A DNA stretch of 64,000 nt, taken from assembly GCF_037042905.1 (NCBI RefSeq), contig NC_087245.1, forward strand, positions 40,612,001 through 40,676,000, given 5' to 3'. The DNA is from Lytechinus pictus. Lineage: Eukaryota. Below, piece after piece: positions 52,401 through 64,000 of the stretch (positions within the stretch are counted from its first letter, which is position 1; every line of letters starts with the position of its first letter). The notes beneath the pieces are model-generated. The model saw nothing but the letters and a program-made list of their open reading frames with translations. It was not told where the DNA came from and searched no databases. Both the position numbers and the translations under genes were made by a program.

Positions 52401-55400
52401 AAGAAACCACACCTGGAGGTGGAATGAGTGATGTTAAAAGAGAGAGGATGAGGGGTAGAATCAATATAAAAATAAGGAGTGATAAAAGGCAGGAATAAGA
52501 TAGGGAAACTGGGACAACATTAAAAGCCAACTGGGAAAAATAGTATTGTCTTGCCATCTTAGCGCGGAAACTAGCAATGAATTTTGTGTTGCGCACCAAA
52601 GCGGGGCGAAAGTGTGGGTGTGCGATGCGATACAGAGCGTGAGTGTGTGTCTATCGCGTGTGCGTTGTGCGATGCTGTATGGTTTACGTTATGTGAGTGC
52701 GTGGCGTAATCCTGACGTCCAACGCTGTGCATCATCGTGCGTAGACGTGAAATAAGTCCTGATATATCCTGTTAGTGAACAGAGGAAATCGTTTAAAGAG
52801 TGACATTCAATCATGTACCCATACCGAATGGTGATTCCACAAACAGATAACTTCGAATTAGAAATTAAAAAAAAATGATCCAAATTTGTTGGCCTACCGC
52901 TCAACCAGAAAAAGCTAGATTATACGAAGAAATTGTCATACATCATCATTGAGTCTATAAACAAAATTATCTCCCCCGTAACGTTGTGATGTCTTCTAAA
53001 ACATAAGCATCTGTTAGAAAATGATAATCCTATGGTGAAGTTATCGCCCTCCTCCGGGCTATAAACATCCATCGTCGGAATCAAGCGAGCCACGGGTCTG
53101 GATGACGAAGACTACAACTTGCCGTCCGCTGCGAGTTGTTCCATTTAACCTGAGTACATAGCATTCATTCTAGGCTAACTACAGTCTCTCCGATACCATT
53201 TATGGCCATGCCAGGGTGTCATTCAGGGGTTAACCTAGCCGTAGCCACGGGGGTGCCATAGTCCAGCGAGGGGATGGATGCGATCGCCGCGCTGAGATAT
53301 GAAATTGCGATAGCCAAGCAAAACACCGCCAGGGGAATAGGAACCAAATATCCGATTGAAACAAAGGAATTATCCCCGAAAGGACAAATATTTGTTTGTG
53401 TTGAGTAGGAAGGTGAACAGCATGGACGATACTGGGTCCGATAACGCTTGGCATGCCTTTAAGTTGAGTTTCTTCCACTCTGTTGTATTTTGTTGCCGAA
53501 AATGAAAATAAGCCCTCATCTCGTGTGCTTTTAGAGTATAATATCAAGTGTGAAAAACTAACTCTGCAGTCTGTTTCGGAATAGATTTCTTTTTAAAATC
53601 TATTCTGAGACAGACTGCAGACTGAAAAGATAAACCTGAGCGAAAATGAATGTTTATTCTTATCAATATCATTACTATAATTATCGCAATATTCTTTGCT
53701 ATAATATTTCTCATCATTCTTTTAAAATTATCAATAATATGCTCATCAGAAGAAAAAATCGATTCAGAGTAATTCATTCTTCAAACCCCGAGGTTGATTG
53801 GTTTCAGAGCAGTCCCTTTCAAAAGTTATTGGTTCGAGTCTTTACTGAGAGGGCGTATATCTGTTACCCTACCGAAATTGTCTCATTGATCAAAACAAAC
53901 CGACCGACTATTTAATACGGATAGCGGTGTAAATGAGGTTCGAACTATCGATTTGTGTGTGAGGGTGTGTGTGTGTGTGTGAGAGCCAGTGTGAACGTAG
54001 TGTATGCGTGAAATATTATATTACTGCATTTATGAGCACTTACAAAGGGGTCTCTCAGATGTTACACAATAATTATTGTCATAATCAATTACCTTGCTAC
54101 ATCAATCAAAAGGTCCATCTACCTATTCCGATTCCTTCCTCTGTCTCTCGCAGATACAGAGAGAGAAAGCGTCTGTGGGTGTGTGGGGGATGCGTCGTGT
54201 GGTGTTTATTATGTGCAGGGGAGGGGGAGTGAGGGTATACATTTCTTTTCCGGCCTCTTTCCCTGTCTCGTTAATATCTACGTCATCACTCCTCATCTCT
54301 TCTCACATACACCCTCAACCCCACGGGTCCACACACACACACACCTTAACACATACTATATGAATCAATACTAATATAATTATCCTGAGCGAAAATTGAG
54401 TAAATTCGTCTTCTTTTATTTATTAATATTTCTATTTTTTACAACTATTATTATCATTATCAGATTTATTCTATTATACTTTTATTATTTTTATTAGATA
54501 TAATATAGATATATATATTTATATATATTTGGGGGGGGGGCGCTATAGGGATTTTTCACCTAACATGTATACGGGGAATTTTGTTTTCAGTCCCCCCCCC
54601 CTTTCACTAGCCCGTTTATCGTCAAACAAAAGGCGATTATTAATAATTTCATTGCCCCCAGACTAAGCATACCGCTATGTGCAAATTGCGACTGAACTTG
54701 ATATGGTTTTAGCGCAGGCAACTACGGATGCTGCTTATTAATATCATATCGCGCTTTATTATAATAATACACATAATTTCCAACCTGGAGTTCGCGTGTG
54801 CAGCGTGGAAAAGTCAAAGTACGCTGTTTTTGTAATCCATTTTATTACCAGTCATTTGGCCGTACTTAAAATCCATATTTTCTTTGATAGCTGTTGTAGG
54901 AGGGGAGACCAACGCGCCCATGAAAAGGAACATTTCGATTCCATGATAACGACACCGTAATCCCTGGAACTAAAGATACCAATGGCTTGGGCTATGACCT
55001 TTGAAATCGCAGGGGGAGGGAGGTCCGTTCCCGTTTCTTCACTACGCTCCTCTCCATTCCTTCGTTCTCCTTTAATTTTATTTCTTTTAGTTCACGCGTT
55101 TTTTTCTCTTCCTTCTTCTCAACGAGGTCCCCTCAAAACGAATCTATACCCACATACATCACCACCCCTCAAAAATGCACCATTATTTCATTCCTTTTAA
55201 TAATTGTCTTGAAAATCTTTGAAAACAGTCATCGATCAAATCCCTACTCCCTATACTTATTTAGTTTGTATTCACCAGGAATGTTCAGTCACAAGCCTTG
55301 ATATTTACTTTGAAATATTTATATTTTCGTAACATGATCTTACCCCCTTCGTATTTATCTATATCATGAACAAGATGATACCCCTTTAATATCATTTTTG

Positions 55401-58101
55401 TTTAACACATCATCTCACTGTTATTCTTTCCTCCCTTCTTCATTTTTACATTCGATGGTACTTTTTTTTCTCCCCATTTTACCCCATCTGCGAAATTATC
55501 AATTATTATGCAGCCCCCGCCCCATTCCAAAAACTACGCACACACACCCCTACACACATCCACCTCATGCACACACACACACACCTTTCATCGCACACAC
55601 AGAGATGAAATGGACGCCACCTTTCGCCTTCACCCCCTTGTACTACTTTCCATACAGTTTGCTCATCGCGCCGTGAACGAATTGGTCATTGTGTTTCGGC
55701 CTCTGCGCAGGTAAAGTCCATGGTCTACCGAGCCCCATCTTTCATAATGGCACGCGCAATAGAAGCCCATGAATAGAATAATAGATTCCATCATAATTCC
55801 CCCACGAAATGAAAGCAAACGTCAGAACAGTATTAAGAGAAAGAGAGAGAGAGAGGAGAGATAGACGAAATATACAATATCGTGTAGTCAGAGACAGACA
55901 GAACACGTCATAATTTATCCAGGGACCTATACGAAAAAAAAAGGCGCGCTCTCGAATTCACGACGATAACTTTTGAGATTTGAACAATTAGTTTCAGGGC
56001 AGAATGAAATGCATGTCTGCCTCTAATATATGATCTAAAGTTCAGATTTAATTCTTCATTGAAGAAAATTTATTACGTATTCACGCTTCTCCTTTTTCCA
56101 AAAGTGAAATTATATCATCGTCAAATGTAAAGAAAAATATTCTTACTTAAAATAGAAATTTTGATTTTTGTTTTCTTGTAAACTTTTCATGATTGTTGAC
56201 CCGCCATTGGGCACTTTTTCACTCTGGAAATAGATATTCTGTTCGATCAAGATAAAAAAAAAAATCCGTGAAAGCAGATTATTATTTTTTCAAAGTCCGA
56301 TTGTATGCTATTGACCTAGGTAATTCGTCTCCGACTGTATGGAGTTGAATATTTCAATATACATTCAGCAGGCTACGTCTGTCCTTTAAGAAATGCAGTT
56401 TATTCCCCTCGAAATTGCTTGACTGTCTATAATCAGTACATTATACACAGGATGTAGTTGCATTTGTGTGGAATAGCTTTTATCTTTTACGTCAATTGAA
56501 TATATGGTAGTCCCGGAATAACAGTCAAGAATTACTCAGTTTACTTAGTCCTATCTCAAGTAAATATTGGTGAAGGAAACGCTCACGTATCTATTTCAGT
56601 CTTTCATTTAAACTGGGTTCAATAGGCCTAGATAATATGTCTGGGTAAAGGACTTATTTCTATTACCTAAAAGCAGACTTTTTATTAAGATGCCGTCCTC
56701 TGATATGAAATCAACTTGCGTTTCACTTCTTTATCATTTTAAAACTTTGAGGGGGTTATTTCAATTCGGTAAAACTTATAGGGCAATAAAAAAAGCCTAT
56801 ATATATGTCCTTTACCAACGTGCTAACAAAACATTTAAGTCACTTTCTTTTCCCCCAATTTTATTTCGCAATCGGCAACACACTAAAATTACGATTGATA
56901 ACATTTGTTTCATATCATAAACGAAAATAATCACGAAACAGTCCGCTCTTGAAAAAAGTCGATTACTAAATTATTTCAAAGAACGAGGCGGCCTTTAATG
57001 GTAGGCAACAATTGTTACTAATGACGCTGTAGAATACCGGCAGATCGTCGTGCATGCATTCATGCACTGCATGCACTCAGCACAGCGATACAACACAATC
57101 GTCCCGATCCGACGTGTGTATAAATGCATTCGGTACGTACACCACCCCAGTTTCTGCACGATATTTCTACCAATTAATTAATGAGCTCTTACCAAAGTGT
57201 CGAATTCGTTCATAAAATTAGGGGTAGCCGGGCAAAGTCGGAGTGCAGATAAGGCCTCGATCATTATGTTAAGTAATTAAACTCGTCGGTGTAACGATAA
57301 GGGTCCAAAAATCACTGGCAGCTGTGATGTGCATGTCAATACAATTCTTGAAGATTTCCCCAGACCGACTTGAATGTAGATCAAAGGTAATACTATCAAG
57401 AGATAAACAATTTCAGGCCTAGTGAAAAAAAAAGATTATCTGTGGTGTTTGATCAATATATGCCATGCATTATATTCGTGCGTGTGCAAGGTTGATGATT
57501 GTTTTTTTTTTTCCCCCATATTTTTTAATCATAAGATATCCAAATATCAGTGGTGCCCGTGACCGGGCAATGTGAAGATGTCAATAAATCCATATAAAAT
57601 GATACTGCCCAATTTTTATGACAGTTTCAACTTCAAGTCTGTAGGTCAACCAATGGCACGTTACAGTAAAAGAAAAACGTGCAAGTTCGTAAGATATTAA
57701 CATGGTCTTTTCTGTAATTTTAGTAAAGCCATGGATCCTACGACAGGATCCATGGTAAAACCACTATTATCAATAACGTTTCAAGTTGTTTTCGCTAAGC
57801 CGGCCTACCTAACGTGTATTTTCGTTATATTCTGTAGCAGTTTCGGTTTAGTTTTTATTTTCACATTCAATACGATATACATGAACTATACAAGACTATT
57901 AATACTCCGATATCAGATACGATTGAAGCTCTTCTTCGAGTGGATTATGACTGTCTGTCATAGAACAGTATAGGGGGCGAACCTTGTATAATTGTGTATA
58001 TCGGATCACGGATACGACCCAGGGTTTAATATACTGGATCTCTCATGTTAGTTATCCACAGAAAATGTTTAAATTGATTTGTTGAAAATGGTTGTACTTA
58101 C

Positions 58102-58266
58102 AAATCCGTATCCTTTGCTCTTTCCCGACGACCTGTCTGTGATGACGACTGCCTCGTCAATCAAACCATATTGCTCAAAATGATCACGGAGAGATTTGTC
58201 TGTAGTGTGGTACGGCAGCCCGCCGACAAATATTTTGGTGAAAGTGGTGTCCTTTTGCCCCTGCAT
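58102..58266 (-). CDS. RBM24: RBM24/RBM38-family RNA-binding protein, coding exon 1 (N-terminal part of the RRM)
   Basis: Translates [55 protein letters not shown], containing RNP2 (IFVGGL), the start of RNP1 (KGYGF) and the family-typical [20 protein letters not shown]-terminus. It is 165 nt long and ends at a phase-0 donor TTT|GTAAGT. Confidence 0.96.
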
Positions 58267-58769
58267 GGTGCGGTGTATTTAGCGTTCAGTTAGCTAAAAA
58301 GATAAAGAAAACTGTCGTTTTGATTTAAATATTAATCCAGAAATGGACCGAGGGCTGCGTATGAAATGACTTTGTGGACGATGAAATAAAGCGCGCGTAA
58401 TCCGATTTGTGAATGGCAGCACAAAATTCACCGAGATGCGATGTCGTCTGCCAGTGAAGGAAATAATGCTGGCTGGCTGGCTGAATTGTAATGAGGGTTG
58501 ATATTTTCAAAGTTAATCGAGGATCGGTTAAACCTTGATGATGTACTTGGAGAAAAAGCCGTGAGCAAGATGAGAGGATCGACTGTAAAATCTCACATTT
58601 ATGTACCAGACTTTGAAGGTATCAATATCCCACTGGTTCCTCGGGAATGGAAGAGAGAGAGAGAGACAAGAGAGGGGTTGTGGATGTTTATCACCGGGTG
58701 AGCTACGGCGTACTGAATACCAATGGCTTCGCGCCAGTGTTAACCTGTCAGACGGATACGCTTTTGCAC

Positions 58770-58925
58770 GCTCATACAGCTGAGTCAATGCATAGAGCCT
58801 TTTACACAGTCTCATCGTAGTAGACTAAGCCACGCCCCTATTATCTGTCATCGCTGTCACTAGAGTGTACACGACTAATGCATCATACATAATAGACCCC
58901 GCCCTCTGTCATGAATATTAATGTT
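58770..58925 (-). promoter_or_regulatory. Putative promoter of the RBM24/38 gene
   Basis: Lies about 500-650 nt upstream of the ATG. Contains the Sp/KLF boxes GCCACGCCCC (~58828) and ACCCCGCCC (~58896), overlapping E-box CAGCTG and AP-1 TGAGTCA sites (58777-58787), and a TATA-like TGTAAAAG on the minus strand (58799-58806). Confidence 0.5.
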
Positions 58926-59789
58926 AGCCCCAGGCTGCCCTGTGAATGGCTGAAGGGATTTTCACTTGTTATACTTTGTGTGGTTTTTTCACGTTCTCTC
59001 CGAGGGTCCCCATAGAGGGAGGGGAAAGAGCAAGATAGTAGGAGAGAGAGTGAGAGAGAGAGAGAAAGAGTGGGAATTAAAGGTCTGAGTCAGATCTAGC
59101 TTCTGTAACAATATGGGAAGTCCATTGAAAGAATTAAAAAAAATTGGGAAGTCAATCATAATATTCACACAAGCTAAAATTGATGGAGAAACCACCCTCA
59201 GTTTAGATAAATTATGTTAATACCATCCCTTATTATCAAAATATCGGAATAAAAAGGCAAATCCCAGCAATAAATAAAAATACGTCGTAACAGGAAAGAG
59301 GATGAAGGGGGGGGGGGGGGGTATATAATAAATATAATGTTTCTAAGCGCTCAGTTTTCTGACTGTCAACTATAAATACCGAGAAAAAAACAAAAATGTA
59401 ATCTTTATAAATTATAAGAAATAATGATATATATACAAAGGGGAGCTCCGAATCAAACTTCTACAAGCAATATGCTGGCCCGCATCCTAACGAATAGTCT
59501 TACGATCGATATTATGATCGATTTTGATATAAGATATTATTCATTGCACATACTGACCAATTCAATCAATCGTAAAACTGTTTCAATGATCAACTGAGCT
59601 TTATGTTATAGAGTGCGCTGCGTGATATATGTATGTCGGCTCCCATCCTTGTTGCTAATTAGCGATGACGCTATATGAAAGTTGAGCATGCTGATCCACT
59701 TTGAATATGACGTTCATGTGTCATAGAATAATAATGATAAACGCTGTGTTATTATCAATATTATTATTTCTTAAGCAACTTCCTAAAAA

Positions 59790-60340
59790 AGCAACTTCTT
59801 AAGACTCCCAAGACACGTGTACACTTGCGTACCTACGGGGGGGGGGGCAGAGGGGGCAGACTGCCCCCCCCCCCTGACGAGTCACAACCCATGCAAGGGA
59901 CATATCCCTGCCCCCCTGACGAGTCTTGAAGACCTTTTTTTTTTTTTTGCTTGTCAAATTTTTTGGCGGACGAGATCCTTTATTTGTGTTTGAAGACCTT
60001 TTTTTTTTTTTGCTTGTCAAATTTTTTGGCGGACGAATTTGCCCCCCTGTGGAAAATCCTAGGTACGCCACTGCACGTGTAGCATATGGTGCGCGAGCTT
60101 TCTCTGCCTCAGCACCTTCTCTCTGGAATAATTTGCCGTTAAATTTAAGAATTATACCATCACTGGAGACCTTCAAATCTAAACTGAAGTATTATCTTTT
60201 CTAACAGTATTAGTTATTGGCACTTTGACACTCATCCAAACTTTCTCATTCTTTCTTTTCTTGTGCGCCTCGGAATAGAATATTTCTAGATAGATGGCGC
60301 TATTTAAATACCTATTATAATTATTATTATTATCATTATC
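59790..60340 (+). mobile_element. 5'-truncated L2/CR1-clade LINE: ORF2 C-terminus and 3' UTR, interrupted by a MITE
   Basis: Removing 59822-60081 restores LLKTPKTRVAYGARAFSASAPSLWNNLPLNLRIIPSLETFKSKLKYYLF*, the typical L2/CR1 ORF2 end (RAFS..AP.LWN.LP...FK..LK..LF). It is followed by a short UTR and a (TTA)n tail. Confidence 0.85.
59822..60073. mobile_element. hAT-like MITE with 8-bp TSD
   Basis: CACGTGTA is duplicated at 59814-59821 and 60074-60081. Termini are CACTTGCGTACCTA / TAGGTACGCCACTG, with internal G/C runs and a duplicated ~46-bp segment (TGAAGACC-T(n)-GCTTGTCAAATTTTTTGGCGGACGA). Confidence 0.85.
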
Positions 60341-60417
60341 AGCATTTATTACTATTATTATTATTAATAATATTATCATTAATATTATTATTATTATTAT
60401 TAGTAGTAGTAGTAGTA

Positions 60418-60474
<57 letters not shown>

Positions 60475-60475
60475 C

Positions 60476-60571
<96 letters not shown>

Positions 60572-60609
60572 CATTAGTAGTAGTGGTAGTAGTAGTAGTA
60601 TTAGTAGTA

Positions 60610-60660
<51 letters not shown>

Positions 60661-60673
60661 GTAGTAGTAGTAA

Positions 60674-60716
<43 letters not shown>

Positions 60717-60766
60717 GGTGGTAGTAGTAGTAGTAGTATTAGTAGTAGTGGTAGTAGTAGTAGTAT

Positions 60767-60836
<70 letters not shown>

Positions 60837-60889
60837 GGTAGTAGTAGTAGTATTATTAGTAGTGGTAGTAGTAGTAGTAGTATTAGTAT

Positions 60890-60939
<50 letters not shown>

Positions 60940-61053
60940 GTGGTAGTAGTAGTAGTAGTATTAGTAGTAGTGGTAGTAGTAGTAGTAGTATTAGTAGTAG
61001 AGGTAGTAGTAGTAGTATTAGTAGCAGTGGTAGTAGTAGTAGTAGTAGTAGTA
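60315..61053. repeat. Compound microsatellite, (TTA)n then ~650 bp of (TAG)n
   Basis: Directly visible trinucleotide array with TAT and TGG interruptions. Confidence 0.98.
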
Positions 61054-62057
61054 ATGTGCATTTTTACATAACTCAAAGAAATATTACAAAATATGTGGTG
61101 TGCTATTATTATTATTTTTCCTTTTTCTTTGTGTCCCATTTATAGACTATAACTCGTGGCAAAATCACTTCACACATCTTTAGAGGCAACGTTAAAAAAA
61201 ATCCAAATATTTCATGATTTTAAAAGCCAAGTAAAAGATGGAAGACCAGGGATAGATGGACGCTAAATTCAAATTTCAAATTTGTTCAAATTCACGTATG
61301 GATAAATGGATGTCCAAATTCCACTCTTGTATAGTATTTTCCCAGATTTGCTGGACTGTAACGTATATCATTCATGACTATTTAACAAAAGGACAAAAGA
61401 TTGTTTTCTTTGGTGGGGGTAAGTCAGCTGATTGATGAAAGGCTCATGCACAGACATGAATTAAAGCTATGAGATTAAAGATCAAGTTCATGTCTGATGT
61501 GTGACATGGATTAAGGGACGTACCTGATAATTACGATTGATCATCTTTCGTACAACTGACATATCTAAAACGATCTATTTTAGGCAGTGAATATTATTTA
61601 CTTCATTATTTTTCAAAATTACTTCAGTTTTAGAAGTGATAATCTGTTGGAACCGCGCTCTCGGCCTGTAGGGGCACTTATCCTCTAAAGGTGTGTTTTC
61701 TTTCGCTTCTCATCTCGGCTAATTATTACATGTTGTATAATGTCTGAGCTGTTTTTTTAATCTGATTTCGAGCATAATTAATATACAGGATAAACAAACA
61801 TCCTCTCCCATTGTCATTCATGCTTTTATTTCTATTGACAGTTTGAGTTATGAAAAACAGATAACTCAAATGAAAATAAAATATGCACCAGCACAGTTTT
61901 TTCTGTTTCTTGCTTTTTAAGAATATTTTCTTGTCCTTTTTTGGATGGGGTTTCTCTGAGTACTTCTACTTGGATTATTTCAGGATTTATAGAGATCTAT
62001 AATCATTAAATTAAAAAAACCTTCTTAAAATTAATTATTTTCAACATCATTGAACAC

Positions 62058-62715
62058 CAGAGGCGTCGATCCTGGGGGGGGGGGGGCAATCGCCCCACCA
62101 ATAAAAATATTGGGGGGCAAACATATCGTTTTGCCCCCCCCCCCCCATAATTCCGGATGTGCAAAGATAAAATAAGATTTAATGTTCAGCAAGCGAGATT
62201 GAGATACACAACTCGTTCTTTATTTCAAATCGTGCTCAAAATGTCCGCTTTTCAGATTGGAATATAAAAAATTTCACCTCGCGCTTCGCGCTCGCATCAT
62301 TTCTGCAGCAAAAACTCATACTTTTCATGATTAAATAGGTGAATAGAACTCCTGCTTCGATTTGCAATAATCTTTTGTTGGATATATATTTTGTTCTTTA
62401 TAAAAAAAACGTCCATTAAACTGTCTTTTTTTTCAAATCGAAATATCAAAAATTTCAGCTCGCGCTTCGCGCTCGCATCTATTGTTCTTTTAGATACCAA
62501 TCTTAATCATTGGTACAAAAAATGCTTAGAATATCAAGCTTTCAGGTCTGAATATAAAGAAATTTCAGCTCGCTCTCGGCACTCGCATTATCTGAGTAGT
62601 GAGATACGTATCCTCCTCATGAGTTACTACAAACAGTCCTAAACAGGTACACTTTTCCTGTTTTAAGGTCAGTATACTAAAAAATTTCAGCTCGCGCTTC
62701 GCGCTCGCCTTAATT
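62058..62715. mobile_element. hAT-like non-autonomous repeat with four internal ~30-bp motifs
   Basis: Starts CAGAGGCGTCGATCC-G(n). The motif AAAATTTCAGCTCGCGCTTCGCGCTCGC recurs at ~62268, 62449, 62559 and 62679. The right end was not identified. Confidence 0.6.
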
Positions 62716-62737
62716 TGTTGTTGAGATGGCTTATTAT

Positions 62738-64000
62738 AATCACTCGGGTCGCGTTCGCGTTCGAAATCACTCGGGTCGCGTTCGTAATCACTCGGGTTTG
62801 GGATTTTTGGCGATTTTTTTTTTATTTCGATGCGATTTTTTTTTATAACGGTGTCTTCAATGGGACAAACATGTGGCTCAACTATCCTAGAATACATCCA
62901 GACTTCTACTATTTTTATACGAGGACTCCGAGTCGGAACTTGTCATATCTGCCACATCGATATGACATCGCAGGGGCTGCGGAACGGTTTTCAAAGTGGG
63001 GGGGGGGGGCTGAGCCAAAAGTGGGGGGGGGGGGGGCTGACCATGCAAAAAATCACAATCATATGGTAACTTTTACGTTTTTGTACACGGTTTTGGAAAA
63101 AAGTGGGGGGGCTGAAGCCATATCATGTTTTAAGTAACTGGAGACTTAAAAATTTCCCTACCTAAATTCTCGAAACATTGCATTAGGTGATGTGCTTAAT
63201 TGATCTTCTTTGTGCTTGCGTGCCAAACGTATACGTTGAGCTGAACGGGGATCAGTCTTTCTCTCTCTCTGTCTCTCCTACCTTTCCGAAATTAAAACGG
63301 TCCCTCGATCGGACATAGTTATTTAGACGCAGGACAAATAATGCTCTGACAACTAAACTAACTTTTCGTCAGCATCAGTAAAAATGTGAATGGGCTTTTA
63401 AAAACTAATACTAAAACTGATCTAAAATTGATCTTAGATCGATCTTAAAATTGATTTTGGAAATCGATTTTAAATTAATTTTAAAATCGTAATTGTACCT
63501 GTTCTAATTAACCGATTTTACCACAATCGGCGATCACCTGCCAATCTTCGATCATGCCCCTTGAAGGGAAAATCGGATATAAAATATCGGCGTAGATCAC
63601 GTTACCTTGCTTCATGCTACCGATGCACGCCGTGTCCGACCGTGGCCGGGTCCCGCCTTGGGGCCATTGCATGCAGGCATGCATGTCCGCACATGGGAAT
63701 GACGATGTAATATCGATGTGGCAGATATGGCAAGTTCCGACTCGGAGTCCTCGTATAAAAACAGTAGAAGTCTGGATGTATTCTAGGATAGTTGAGCCAC
63801 ATGGCTGATTTGCTTGTTTGTTATGTTAAGCAGTAGGCGAGTGCAATTTATTTAAGGCACTTGCCGGCTTAACACGAAACTAGAATTTCAATTTCATTTC
63901 ATTTTCCCAGCGTGTTTGTCCCATTGAAGACATCAAATCGCATCGAAATAAAAAAAATCGCCAAAAATCCCAAACCCGAGTGATTACGAACGCGACCCGA
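62738..64000. mobile_element. Foldback-type element with long inverted arms (runs off the window edge)
   Basis: 62870-62970 is the near-exact reverse complement of 63703-63803. 62771-62871 matches 63913-64000 in reverse. The outer ends carry AATCACTCGGGTCGCGTTCG subrepeats. Confidence 0.8.

Noticed and set aside
809..57973. Remaining short six-frame ORFs
   Set aside because: No recognisable domains, consistent with random ORFs in intronic or intergenic DNA.
60179..61139. Long poly-Leu, poly-Thr and poly-Val ORFs
   Set aside because: Translations of the (TAG)n microsatellite, not a mucin or membrane protein.
62268..62800. Spaced ~30-bp repeats resembling a CRISPR array
   Set aside because: Spacing is irregular and long (110-180 bp), the context is eukaryotic, and there are no cas genes. 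These are internal transposon repeats.

Overview
Eukaryotic, AT-rich, intron-dominated animal genomic DNA. The repeat style suggests an invertebrate deuterostome such as a sea urchin, but that is inference only. The only well-supported gene is a minus-strand RBM24/RBM38 (SUP-12/SEB4 family) RNA-binding protein. Its RRM exons are at 58102-58266 and 45169-45301, and its 3' end is uncertain: the best terminal-exon candidate is 7683-7786, with an alternative at 24118-24161. The rest is large introns and flanks containing non-autonomous DNA transposons (Harbinger-, CACTA-, hAT- and Kolobok-like MITEs), a tRNA-derived SINE, an L2/CR1 LINE 3' fragment with a nested hAT MITE and a long (TAG)n tail, a foldback element at the right edge, and microsatellites. 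I found no CRISPR array, no prokaryotic system and nothing I can call a new biological system. The best leads are regulatory: RFX X-box clusters, two possible internal promoters at a CpG-density boundary, an RBFOX-site triplet, an intronic 15-mer complementary to the exon 2 acceptor, and a 26-bp hairpin.
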